Of a DNA stretch of 64,000 nt, positions 17,638 through 27,091 are shown one piece after another. This stretch comes from Candidatus Borrarchaeum weybense (lineage in GTDB: Archaea; Asgardarchaeota; Sifarchaeia; Borrarchaeales; Borrarchaeaceae), in NCBI GenBank assembly GCA_019057385.1, contig JAHQJS010000006.1, positions 869,038 to 933,037 on the forward strand, in the 5' to 3' direction. A program made the translations under genes and the position numbers. Position 1 is the stretch's first letter, and every line of letters begins with the position of its first letter. Under the pieces are notes generated by a model, which saw only the letters and a program-made list of their open reading frames with translations, ran no database searches and was not told where the DNA came from.

Positions 17638-18837
17638 ATGAAGAAAATGGCAAAGTCAAGATTTCGCTGGGTTGTGCTAGGTCTTTCGTGGTTTAGCTGG
17701 TTGTTACTAGGCATTGCCCTCTTGAGCTTAGGGGTGATGTTAGTAAAGTTGGTTCCTCAATTTGGTTTAACTGGGGTACAAGCTGGAGCGCTCATGGCGG
17801 TTTCTGCAATTCCAGCTATTGTTTTTGCCATTCCTATTGGATCACTAGCCGATCGATATGGTGGAAGAAGGTTAGGTGCGCTTGGCTTGCTTATGTTGAT
17901 GGTGGGATTAATTCTAATAGCTATCGCCGAAGTTTTTTTGGTGCTGATCGTAGCGAGATTGGCGATAGGTATTGGCGCTGCGTTATGTGGTACACCATTG
18001 CAGCAATGGATAACGAAATGGTTTCCTTCAACTGAATTGGGTTTTGCCTTAGGTTTCTTGTCCTCGGGGTATGGCATCGGGAGTATAATAGGTATTTTCA
18101 CAATGGGTTACATTCTAGAAACCTTGGATCTATTTTTAGTCACCGTAGTTTTGGGTATAGTTTGTCTTATTTGTATGTTTCTTTTTCTTCTAGCCCGTCA
18201 AGAACATCCTTTAGCCATAGTAAAAGAAAATGGAACCTCTGAAACCTCACTATCTCTTCGCATGATATTAAAAGTCTTTAGAACTGTTGAATTATGGAAA
18301 CTCGGTATAGCCGGATTCGCTATCACTGGAATAATGTCAGCGTATGCAACATTTGCCCCGATTACATTCGTTGTGCAGCTCCAAATGGATATTGTTACAG
18401 CCTCTGCTACCGCTGGAATAGCTGCAATCCTTGGCACTCCCTTTATTTTCGCAGGGGGCTGGTTGTCTGACAAATTGAAACCTCGATTCGGAAGAAAAAC
18501 ATTAGTTTTTGTAGCAACACTAATATGCGCTTTCGCTTTCTATTTAATTGGAGTCGCAACTGTATTTTTCATAGCATTGATAGGGATATGCCTTATAGGC
18601 ATTTTTAATTGGATTTCAAGTGCTGCTCTTTCTGCAGCTTGTACTGAATCAACTGAATCAGCTACGGTAGGTTGTGCGCTCGGCTTTCTTGCAGCCATAT
18701 GCTCTATAGGATCATTGATTCTGCCTCTTACAATGGGTCTTGTATTTGATACGACCGGCTCTTGGGCTTTAACGTGGACAGTTCCAGCGATAGTAGCATT
18801 TATTGGCGCAATAGTAGTCTTGTTTAGTAAAAACTGA
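17638..18837 (+). CDS. MFS transporter
   Basis: 12 TM; GSLADRYGGRR motif A. Confidence 0.92.
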   Translation: MKKMAKSRFRWVVLGLSWFSWLLLGIALLSLGVMLVKLVPQFGLTGVQAGALMAVSAIPAIVFAIPIGSLADRYGGRRLGALGLLMLMVGLILIAIAEVFLVLIVARLAIGIGAALCGTPLQQWITKWFPSTELGFALGFLSSGYGIGSIIGIFTMGYILETLDLFLVTVVLGIVCLICMFLFLLARQEHPLAIVKENGTSETSLSLRMILKVFRTVELWKLGIAGFAITGIMSAYATFAPITFVVQLQMDIVTASATAGIAAILGTPFIFAGGWLSDKLKPRFGRKTLVFVATLICAFAFYLIGVATVFFIALIGICLIGIFNWISSAALSAACTESTESATVGCALGFLAAICSIGSLILPLTMGLVFDTTGSWALTWTVPAIVAFIGAIVVLFSKN

Positions 18838-18974
18838 ATAGCATAGCGTTCGTTTATTTTAAAATTTATTTCCTGACTTGAAAAAACGTGTTCCCAGTAG
18901 GATAAGTTTTAAAACCAGTATCCATGTGTTCAATTCGCCATATGCTGATTAAGAGGCTAGGGGAAATTTCAGAA

Positions 18975-20165
18975 ATGGAAAAATTAAGATTTCGCTGGGT
19001 CGTATTGAGTCTTGCATGGCTCTCGTGGCTACTGGTTGGTACTGCCGTATTAAGTATAGGAACTATGTTAACTATCCTAATTCCACAATTTGGATTGACA
19101 GGAGTGCAGGCAGGCAGCTTGATGGCAGTTGTTTGGATTGCTGGCATCATATTAGCGATTCCTATTGGCGTTCTGATTGATCGATATGGTGGAAGAAAAC
19201 TAGGCGCACTTGGCATGCTCACGTTAACAATAGGGCTACTTCTATTTGCGTATGCAGATTCTTTTGAGTTGTTAGTTATATCAAGGGCAATCATAGGTAT
19301 AGCTATTATCACTGGAACAACGCCACCACAGGTTTGGATGGCAAAATGGTTTTCTAATGATGAAATAGGCTTTGCGCAAGGCTTCTTAACATCTGGATAC
19401 GCTAGTTCGGGCATCGTAGGTGTATTCGCTATGGGGTGGATTTTACAAACAATTGGTATCTACATGACGGTTATGATTCTAGGTATACTAAGTCTTGTAT
19501 TAATGACTGTTTTTCTTCTAGCTCGTAGGGACTTCCCAACAGCACTAACAGAAACGGTATCCAATAAAAACTCTATGTCCCCTTCTGAAGCTGTTTCACA
19601 AGCCTTTCGAAATGTCGAATTATGGTTGATTACAATAGCGTGGTTATTTATTGTAGGGATCTCTACAGCCTACGCGACATTTGCCCCCATTACTTTTATA
19701 GCATTATTAAATCTGGATATAGTTACAGCGGCAGCCACGGCTGGTATAGTTCAGATTGTTGCAGTTCCCTCATTGATAATAGGAGGAATACTTACTGATA
19801 AATGGAAGGCTCGTGGCCGAAAAATAATGATTTGGATCCCCACGTTGATCTGTGCTCCCGCTTTCTATCTGATTGGCATATCAACCGTATTTGCAAGCGT
19901 TTTAATTGGAGTTGTGCTCATTGGTATATTCAACTGGGTTTCGAGTGCCGCAGCTTATGCTGCTGGTGCTGAATCCGTAGATTCTGAAGCTATGGTAGGT
20001 TGTGCCTTCGGATTTTTGGCGTTTGGGTCAGCCCTTGGATCATTTATCTTGCCCTTGCTAATGGGTTTTGTATTCGATACCACTGGCTCGTGGTTATTTG
20101 TTTGGGCAGTTCCAGCTGTAATAGCTTTATTTGGAGCAATAGTAGCCTTTTTGATCAAAAAATAA
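18975..20165 (+). CDS. MFS transporter (start placed at MEKLRFRW by comparison with paralogs)
   Basis: GVLIDRYGGRK; paralog of both neighbours. Confidence 0.9.
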   Translation: MEKLRFRWVVLSLAWLSWLLVGTAVLSIGTMLTILIPQFGLTGVQAGSLMAVVWIAGIILAIPIGVLIDRYGGRKLGALGMLTLTIGLLLFAYADSFELLVISRAIIGIAIITGTTPPQVWMAKWFSNDEIGFAQGFLTSGYASSGIVGVFAMGWILQTIGIYMTVMILGILSLVLMTVFLLARRDFPTALTETVSNKNSMSPSEAVSQAFRNVELWLITIAWLFIVGISTAYATFAPITFIALLNLDIVTAAATAGIVQIVAVPSLIIGGILTDKWKARGRKIMIWIPTLICAPAFYLIGISTVFASVLIGVVLIGIFNWVSSAAAYAAGAESVDSEAMVGCAFGFLAFGSALGSFILPLLMGFVFDTTGSWLFVWAVPAVIALFGAIVAFLIKK

Positions 20166-20265
20166 CTTAATTATCAGTCAATGGTAGTGATTCAAGATTG
20201 TGAACTACCTCACGCTAGAGCAATGGGGCTTTCTTGTGTAGTAACATGTAAGGTTATGATATGAT

Positions 20266-21465
20266 ATGGCTGAAATTGGAAAATTAAGATTTCGCTGGGT
20301 CGTGTTGGGCGTTTCGTGGTTTTCGTGGTCAATGCAGGCCATTGCACTCCTAAGTATTGGTCCAATGTTGACACTACTGATTCCGAAACTTGGACTGACA
20401 GGCGTACAGGCAGGAACCCTAATGGCGGTTTCATGGATTCCAGGTATTTTCCTTGCTATCCCAGCAGGCATTTTAATCGCTCGATACGGAGGGCGAAAAC
20501 TAGGAATGCTAGGTTTGCTTTCTTTGGCAATTGGACTAATCCTAATTGCTTTTTCTGCCACTTTTGAGTTATTAGCTTTAGCAAGATTCATTTTAGGAAT
20601 TGGTGTAACTTTTTCAGGCGCTCCGCCTTTAGCTTGGACTATAAGATGTTTTACTCCACAGGAGCGAGGATTCGTGTCAGGAGTGTTAGCATCAGGATTT
20701 GGCACTGGAGGGATCATAGGCGTTTTTGCTATGGGTTATATCTTATCGATTTTTGGTATATTTCTGACAGCTGTAAGTTTTGGCGTTTTGAGTCTTGTTT
20801 GCATGCTCTGTTTCCTTCTAGCCCAGCAAGAAATCCCTGAAATCAGCTTGTCCGATAGTATGCCTACAAATTCGACATCATTTTTTGAACCTATGTCACA
20901 AGCATTTAGAAATTTCGAATTATGGAAAATCGGAGTCGTATGGTTTGTCATAGTTGGAATAACTACTGCTTATGCAACTTTTGCACCGACCACATTCGTA
21001 TCTTTGCTGAAAATGGATGTCGCCAGCGCAGCTGCCACTGCAGGTATTGTTTCGATACTTGCGGTGCCATCTCTTCTAGGCGGCGGATGGATCTCTGATA
21101 AATTGAAGCTTAGATTCGGGAGAAAGATCATAATATGGCTACCAACCTTGATTTCTGCTCCCGCTTTCTACCTGATTGGTGCATCATCAGTTTTTTTCTT
21201 CGCAGTGATAGGTATAGTACTCATAGGCATCTTTAGCTGGGTTTCAAATGCTGGAGTTTTTTCAGCAGCAAGTGAATCGGTTGATTCTACCGTAGAAGGC
21301 GTTGCGTTAGGTTTTATAAGTTTTATGGCATCTTTGGGATCGTTTATTCTTCCTATCGTAATGGGGGCCGTATTTGATGCCACTGGCTCGTGGATATTCG
21401 TTTGGCTCGTCCCAGCCGTAACAGCGTTAGCTGGAGCTATAATAGCCTTTTCTAGTAAAATTTGA
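20266..21465 (+). CDS. MFS transporter
   Basis: GILIARYGGRK; GWISDKL...GRK. Confidence 0.92.
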   Translation: MAEIGKLRFRWVVLGVSWFSWSMQAIALLSIGPMLTLLIPKLGLTGVQAGTLMAVSWIPGIFLAIPAGILIARYGGRKLGMLGLLSLAIGLILIAFSATFELLALARFILGIGVTFSGAPPLAWTIRCFTPQERGFVSGVLASGFGTGGIIGVFAMGYILSIFGIFLTAVSFGVLSLVCMLCFLLAQQEIPEISLSDSMPTNSTSFFEPMSQAFRNFELWKIGVVWFVIVGITTAYATFAPTTFVSLLKMDVASAAATAGIVSILAVPSLLGGGWISDKLKLRFGRKIIIWLPTLISAPAFYLIGASSVFFFAVIGIVLIGIFSWVSNAGVFSAASESVDSTVEGVALGFISFMASLGSFILPIVMGAVFDATGSWIFVWLVPAVTALAGAIIAFSSKI

Positions 21466-21615
21466 TACACTTCACTTACAATTTTAGTTTCACAAGGTTT
21501 GATAAAATGAAAGCATACCTTCTCCATAATGTTTATAAAACTCGATAAACATAGATATGTACAGAGTTATCTGTACAAATATTTCGAGCGTGCATTTCTA
21601 TATAAATAAAAACTA

Positions 21616-22188
21616 TTGGAGTGGAATGAAATGTCAGTTGAATCATCCGATAATGAATTGGTAACAAAGTTAAGCGCAGCAAAGGACTTCTCAGATGTTT
21701 TTGAACTCGTTGAGGAGGCTCTTATAAAAACCCTCAATAGAAAGAGAGGCGGCATAATGCTTGGCTTACAGGATTTAGGTGCACAAAGAAACTACTTTAT
21801 CGGAGCGTACCATGTGGTGGGCAGCAACTGGATAGTCATCAATAAAACTCCACTTCGAAGAATTCGGATGCATGCAAAAGAGTCCGATGAACTATATAAC
21901 GCGTACCTTTTTCACGTAATGCTTCATGAATATATCCACGCTCTTGGCATCACTGATGAGCGACTGTGTCGTCAAGTTACTAGAGATGTAACCCTACAAA
22001 TCATACAGGATGAAAACCATCCTGCCGTCAAGCTTGCTGTACAGGGACTTGGTGCATTGTTTCCCTTCATGAGGTATTACACTCCAGAAGACTATGCGAT
22101 GCTTGAACGATCCCCAGATCAACGTGGAATGCCACGTATTGAGGTCGTTCGGGGATTTGACAGAAAAAATACACCCTATTTCAGTTAG
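21616..22188 (+). CDS. Putative zincin-like metalloprotein
   Basis: HVMLHEYIHALG (HExxH). Confidence 0.7.
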   Translation: MEWNEMSVESSDNELVTKLSAAKDFSDVFELVEEALIKTLNRKRGGIMLGLQDLGAQRNYFIGAYHVVGSNWIVINKTPLRRIRMHAKESDELYNAYLFHVMLHEYIHALGITDERLCRQVTRDVTLQIIQDENHPAVKLAVQGLGALFPFMRYYTPEDYAMLERSPDQRGMPRIEVVRGFDRKNTPYFS

Positions 22189-22261
22189 AAAAAGGGTTTT
22201 GCCGAACTCTCCTTTTTTATTTCTCTTTTTGCAGGACTTTTCACGCGTTTCTTTTATCTAA

Positions 22262-23941
22262 TTACATGATTTGAGCCCTTTCTAATAATTTTTTTGTGTT
22301 TTTAAGCGCCATTTTATACGTAAAACAGCAAACAAACAATCCAATGAGTATGAGGCTTCCAAAAGCAACTAAGTAGTTTATCGCTTCGAATTCGATCGTG
22401 TAAAAAATCAAAAATGGCAGTGAAATTATAAGCAAACCGATACCTAAGAAAACTATACCCACCATGGACCCTGTAACTGTAATAAAGCGGGAACGAGGTG
22501 TTGTTGTAAAGTCTGGATAGTTTGCCCCAACTGCAACTCCTATGATCGTTGCTTCAATTGTCAATAGAACAGAAAGGAGCGTAAAAACGAGCATAAAATC
22601 GAATGAACTAGCAGGGAGGATTATATAAATCAAACAAAGCGTAGCAATTAAACTGATAAGTGCAATGAACAACGATGAACTAATTTTTGCTCTTGTGAGT
22701 TCTTTTGACCCAATTGGTAAACTATATACGATTGGCATTGACTCCCCTTCTTGACCAAAAGACGTTATTCCTAGCAACCAGCCAAAGAGAATGGGTCCCA
22801 TCAAGAAGAACAGATTAAAAAGTCCAGTGGGCATTTCTTCTGTTTGGGGCGTCACTAGGAGTGTAATGACCATAATAGCGGTTGAAAATAGAGGTGCGAC
22901 TACAATACGTATCATCTCTTTTCTTCTGATTAATCCTCTAAGATCCTTACGGATTAATGCAACTTCGGCTGGAGCATAACCAATTCTTTGCAATATTCCT
23001 TTTCTTGGTTGATATAACTTACTAGAAATCTTTATAGAGACTGGTTGAGGCGCCCAGTACTTCTCTCGTAGTTTGACACTTGCAAAAAAGCACGATACGC
23101 AAAAAACAAGAAATAGTAATCCATACATTCCTGCCAATAGCAAATTTCCTGCTATAAGATTCAAGATTGCAATGGATGGCCATAGCAAAGGAACGTACCA
23201 TGCCGAAATGATTTCTACTGAATACGCTTCGAGCAGAAGGAACAGAAAATTGAAATTAAAAAGCAACATAGCAACTAGGAATATGATAACCGAAAGAACG
23301 AAGCGAATATATACTGATGATCGCCCCCCTCTTGAGTAAAATGCTGAAGATACACGGTTAGTAATAGCTCGAATTATCTCGACTATAAATGCCCCTCCAG
23401 ATAGGGCTAGAATGGAAAGCGCTAGAATACTAAACCACAAGAAGTAGAGACCTCCTCCAATGCCTACTAAGCCCAATGTGAATCCTAGTACTACAAAAAT
23501 GATTGGAGAGAGAATAAAGATTGTAGAAAGCGCTGAGCCTAATACGTATTCATCAGCACGAATAGGCAACATATTGACAGCTTCAGTTGTAAATGTTTGT
23601 GCAGCTTGCGAAAATTCGAATAGGATGCCATAAGCAAGTGGAAGTCCGATCATAAGTGCAGGTACAAAAATCAGCATTTCATTTATAGTTTCACCTATGA
23701 ATGCTAATTCTTCATCTATTAGTAAAACTTCATCTATAATATAGCCTAAAAAGACGCAAATGATAAACGCAAATAAGTCTAAAAGAAGTATTATTAAAGG
23801 TCTTCTGATTAATTTATTTATAGTTTGCGGGCTTGATTGTCTTCTTCTAAGAAAGGAAAGAGTATAAATCCTGCTAATACTAACAATCACTCTTAGGTTC
23901 ATTGAGATATCCACTAACCATTTATCGTAAGGCATCGACAA
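22262..23941 (-). CDS. Putative ABC transporter permease (start probably 23902)
   Basis: About 12 TM; LIRKDLRGLIRR, GQEG...SLPI; operonic with the ATPase. Confidence 0.8.
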   Translation of the reverse strand: MSMPYDKWLVDISMNLRVIVSISRIYTLSFLRRRQSSPQTINKLIRRPLIILLLDLFAFIICVFLGYIIDEVLLIDEELAFIGETINEMLIFVPALMIGLPLAYGILFEFSQAAQTFTTEAVNMLPIRADEYVLGSALSTIFILSPIIFVVLGFTLGLVGIGGGLYFLWFSILALSILALSGGAFIVEIIRAITNRVSSAFYSRGGRSSVYIRFVLSVIIFLVAMLLFNFNFLFLLLEAYSVEIISAWYVPLLWPSIAILNLIAGNLLLAGMYGLLFLVFCVSCFFASVKLREKYWAPQPVSIKISSKLYQPRKGILQRIGYAPAEVALIRKDLRGLIRRKEMIRIVVAPLFSTAIMVITLLVTPQTEEMPTGLFNLFFLMGPILFGWLLGITSFGQEGESMPIVYSLPIGSKELTRAKISSSLFIALISLIATLCLIYIILPASSFDFMLVFTLLSVLLTIEATIIGVAVGANYPDFTTTPRSRFITVTGSMVGIVFLGIGLLIISLPFLIFYTIEFEAINYLVAFGSLILIGLFVCCFTYKMALKNTKKLLERAQIM

Positions 23942-24683
23942 TTGCCTTGAGATTATCTGTGCCTGTAAGTTTCAAGAAAATATCTTCTAAATTTGATTCC
24001 GAAAGCTTTGCTTGTTCTTGAAGTTCATCAAGTTGTCCTCTGGCGATTATCTGCCCTGAGTGCATTAATGTAATCTGATCACACATTACCTCTGCTATTG
24101 CAAGGACATGAGTACTAAAAAGGATTGTAACTCCTGCTTTTGCAAGTTTATGTAACAGATCTTTCACGATTCGCGCAGATATAGGATCTAAGCCAGTTAA
24201 CGCTTCATCGAATATAAGAATTCGAGGTTTATGAAGTAGTGAAGAAATAATGGCAAGTTTCTGTTTCATGCCACCAGAATATCCACTGATTAGTTCGTTC
24301 GTTCTTCCTTTAAGTCCGAATGCATCTAGAAATTCATTGATTCTTTTTTCTTTCGTGTCAACGTCTATCGCGTATGCATCAGCTATAAAATCTAGATATT
24401 CTACTGCTGTTAAAAATTCATACAGTCTTGGGTCTTCTGGTACATAACCAATAAGTTTTTTTGTTTCAACGGGATGCTCTAAAACACTTTTGCCAAATAC
24501 TCTTATGTCTCCAGCATCAGGTTTTACAAGTCCAATTATTGACTTCATCAGCGTTGATTTCCCTGAACCATTAGGACCAAGCAATCCTTCTATTGTACCT
24601 TTTTCGATATCAAGATCTATTCCTTCCAATGCTGTTATAGAGTCATAGTTTTTTGTGACTGAACGTATTTCAAGAGCTTTCAC
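23922..24683 (-). CDS. ABC transporter ATP-binding protein
   Basis: GPNGSGKS, YSGGMKQK, FDEALTG, STH. Confidence 0.95.
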   Translation of the reverse strand: MKALEIRSVTKNYDSITALEGIDLDIEKGTIEGLLGPNGSGKSTLMKSIIGLVKPDAGDIRVFGKSVLEHPVETKKLIGYVPEDPRLYEFLTAVEYLDFIADAYAIDVDTKEKRINEFLDAFGLKGRTNELISGYSGGMKQKLAIISSLLHKPRILIFDEALTGLDPISARIVKDLLHKLAKAGVTILFSTHVLAIAEVMCDQITLMHSGQIIARGQLDELQEQAKLSESNLEDIFLKLTGTDNLKAIVDALR

Positions 24684-24772
24684 CGAAGAAGAAATTGTTT
24701 TTGCCTCCGCTACTAAACATAAATAGCACTAGCAACTCCTTAAACTATGTTTAAGTACTTTTCCCTGAAGGC

Positions 24773-25828
24773 TTAGAGCAAAAAGGGAGCGGTTTCTTGG
24801 GTTAAGATACGTTTTACTAAACCGACAGGAAGATATTCGTTGCCCCTGCCTTCTGCCTCTCTAGATGTTACTAATTCCTTCTCCATGAGGCGGGCAATCA
24901 CGTTATATGAGGCTTGGGATGAAACTGATAATTCATCTTTAACAAGCCCTGTTGTTATTACAGGATGAGAAACAAATAGTTTAATTACCTGTTTTTCTCT
25001 GTCTCCCAGTCTCTGGATCTTTCGAACAATTTCTGATGGTCTTCTTTTTGTAATTTTCTCTAATATGTCAATATCAATCTCGAATATTGAATCTCGTATA
25101 GCTATGGCTATGGCGGCAGAGCATAGTTTTATTGCTTCTCTAGGTGCTCCTTCTGACACTTGTGCGATGAAATTTAGAGCATCTTCAGTGAAAGGAGAGA
25201 CCTCGTTTTCTTCACTAACGTCTTCTATTCTTTTTTCGATAGCTAATATCACTTCTTCCTCAGAAAGAAGATCTAGATATATGATCTCTTGAACTCGATC
25301 TGCCAGAGTATTCAAAATTTTCGGCAGTTTATCGAAGGAAAATCCGTTTAAAGCACTGTAAATAATGCTTATATTGTCTAGATCAGATAATCCCCGTAAC
25401 ATTTTAGCAACATCGATATTTAGATCATGTGCTTCGTCTATAAGGAGAATTATTCTGTCGTCTGACCTTCTAAGTGTTTGATACAGCACTTGTGGCAGTA
25501 TCTCACCATCGAATTTTAGTTCCATACCAATTATTTGTATCAATTCCGCAACTGATTCGGGAGGAGCATAAAAAAAGATTGGGAGTCTATTATCTTTGAA
25601 TAGCGTTTCTAGGCATAATAGCAGCGAAGTTTTCCCGCTACCATAAGGCCCTTCTATAACTACATCATATCCTAAGCGAATGTAGTTTTCCAGCAACTGA
25701 AATTCTTCGTCAAACCCAACAACTAAATCAGGTTTTCCTACTGGACTTAATTGAAATGGATTTTTACTCCAATTCATTTTTTGAAACCATTCAAATTCTT
25801 CTGAAGACAAAGTAGGTCCTCCTTTCAA
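24773..25828 (-). CDS. AAA+ ATPase (ExeA/AAA_22-like) with C-terminal winged helix
   Basis: NPF motif, GPYGSGKT, LLIDEAH, SEGAPRE, C-terminal wHTH-like segment. Confidence 0.8.
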   Translation of the reverse strand: MKGGPTLSSEEFEWFQKMNWSKNPFQLSPVGKPDLVVGFDEEFQLLENYIRLGYDVVIEGPYGSGKTSLLLCLETLFKDNRLPIFFYAPPESVAELIQIIGMELKFDGEILPQVLYQTLRRSDDRIILLIDEAHDLNIDVAKMLRGLSDLDNISIIYSALNGFSFDKLPKILNTLADRVQEIIYLDLLSEEEVILAIEKRIEDVSEENEVSPFTEDALNFIAQVSEGAPREAIKLCSAAIAIAIRDSIFEIDIDILEKITKRRPSEIVRKIQRLGDREKQVIKLFVSHPVITTGLVKDELSVSSQASYNVIARLMEKELVTSREAEGRGNEYLPVGLVKRILTQETAPFLL

Positions 25829-26288
25829 AAGTAGAAATGTGTAAACTCTGTTTAATAGATATGTAACATTGGGGTAATTCAGCTAATGTTACTCGTGTTT
25901 TTAAGTAATGGCGTTTAATTAACATTTAACAGAAATGTAAGAGATCTGTTGGAACAATTTAGTCATGGTGATAAAATGAAGGAGAATGTCCCTGCAATCA
26001 ATTATTTGATTAGAAGAGCACATCGGAATGGTTATGCCACCCTAAACTTCTATAAAACGATAGAACAAATGGAATGTTTGATTTATGATGGTAAAATTCA
26101 TTCTTATGCTAATGTAATGTAAAACTTTTTTTAAACACCATATTTCCTCTTCTAGAGAGTGTTCCCTGCCCTTCCCCCTCTTCTGGGCAAATATATATAT
26201 AGTAAGAGACAAGAGTTTTCAATGGTTTCAAATTATCAATTTATTTTTCCGGGCTTCTTAGTTTTCATAAATTGAAGGAAGAATCAAG

Positions 26289-27065
26289 TTGCCAGAAAAT
26301 AGCGAAATAGTAGTTGAGGCAATTGACTTAAAGAAGGAATATCATTTAGGAGACGTTATAGTACCCGCTCTAAGGGGCATTAACCTTCAAATAAAGAAAG
26401 GAGAGTTCTTAGTTATCATGGGTCCGTCTGGAAGTGGAAAATCGACTTTATTAAACATGATCGGTGGTCTAGACAACCCAACAGCAGGACAAGTGTTTAT
26501 CAACGGACAAGACATTTCAAAACTGTCTGACAGTGCTTTGACTGAACTAAGGGCACGTGAAATTGGATTCATTTTCCAATTCTACAATCTAGTTCCTGTA
26601 CTGACCGCTTTGGAAAATGTGGAGTTGCCGATGATGGTCACGGGAGTTGCTGAAAAAGAAGGCAAGAAACGCGCCATAGAACTTCTAGAAATGGTTGGAC
26701 TAGGAGATCGTCTACATCATCGTCCCGATGAACTCAGTGGTGGACAAAGACAACGAGTGTCTATTGCCCGTGCATTAGCAAATACCCCTTCAATCGTGTT
26801 AGCTGATGAACCAACAGGTGACGTAGACACGAAGACTGGAGATGAAATTCTTGACATAATGCATCACCTGAACAAAAACATGGGTGTCACTATGATCGTT
26901 ATCACTCACGATCCTGTTGTTTCAGAACATTGTGATCGACTTATTCGAATAATTGATGGACTGATTGCTACAGATAAGCCTACGGCACGTAGATTGCTCG
27001 AAATTAGCGATGAGGAACTTCGAGCTTATCGTGGAATTACTGGCTATATAAGTGATCAAAGATAG
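26289..27065 (+). CDS. LolD/MacB-type ABC ATP-binding protein
   Basis: Walker A/B and signature motifs; paralog of 12005. Confidence 0.95.
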   Translation: MPENSEIVVEAIDLKKEYHLGDVIVPALRGINLQIKKGEFLVIMGPSGSGKSTLLNMIGGLDNPTAGQVFINGQDISKLSDSALTELRAREIGFIFQFYNLVPVLTALENVELPMMVTGVAEKEGKKRAIELLEMVGLGDRLHHRPDELSGGQRQRVSIARALANTPSIVLADEPTGDVDTKTGDEILDIMHHLNKNMGVTMIVITHDPVVSEHCDRLIRIIDGLIATDKPTARRLLEISDEELRAYRGITGYISDQR

Positions 27066-27091
27066 ATTATCTTAGTGTACGAGGGTATGTA

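Noticed and set aside
25829-26288. Replication origin next to a Cdc6-like gene
   Set aside because: No repeated ORB-like boxes were seen, and the ATPase looks closer to ExeA/AAA_22 than to Orc1/Cdc6.
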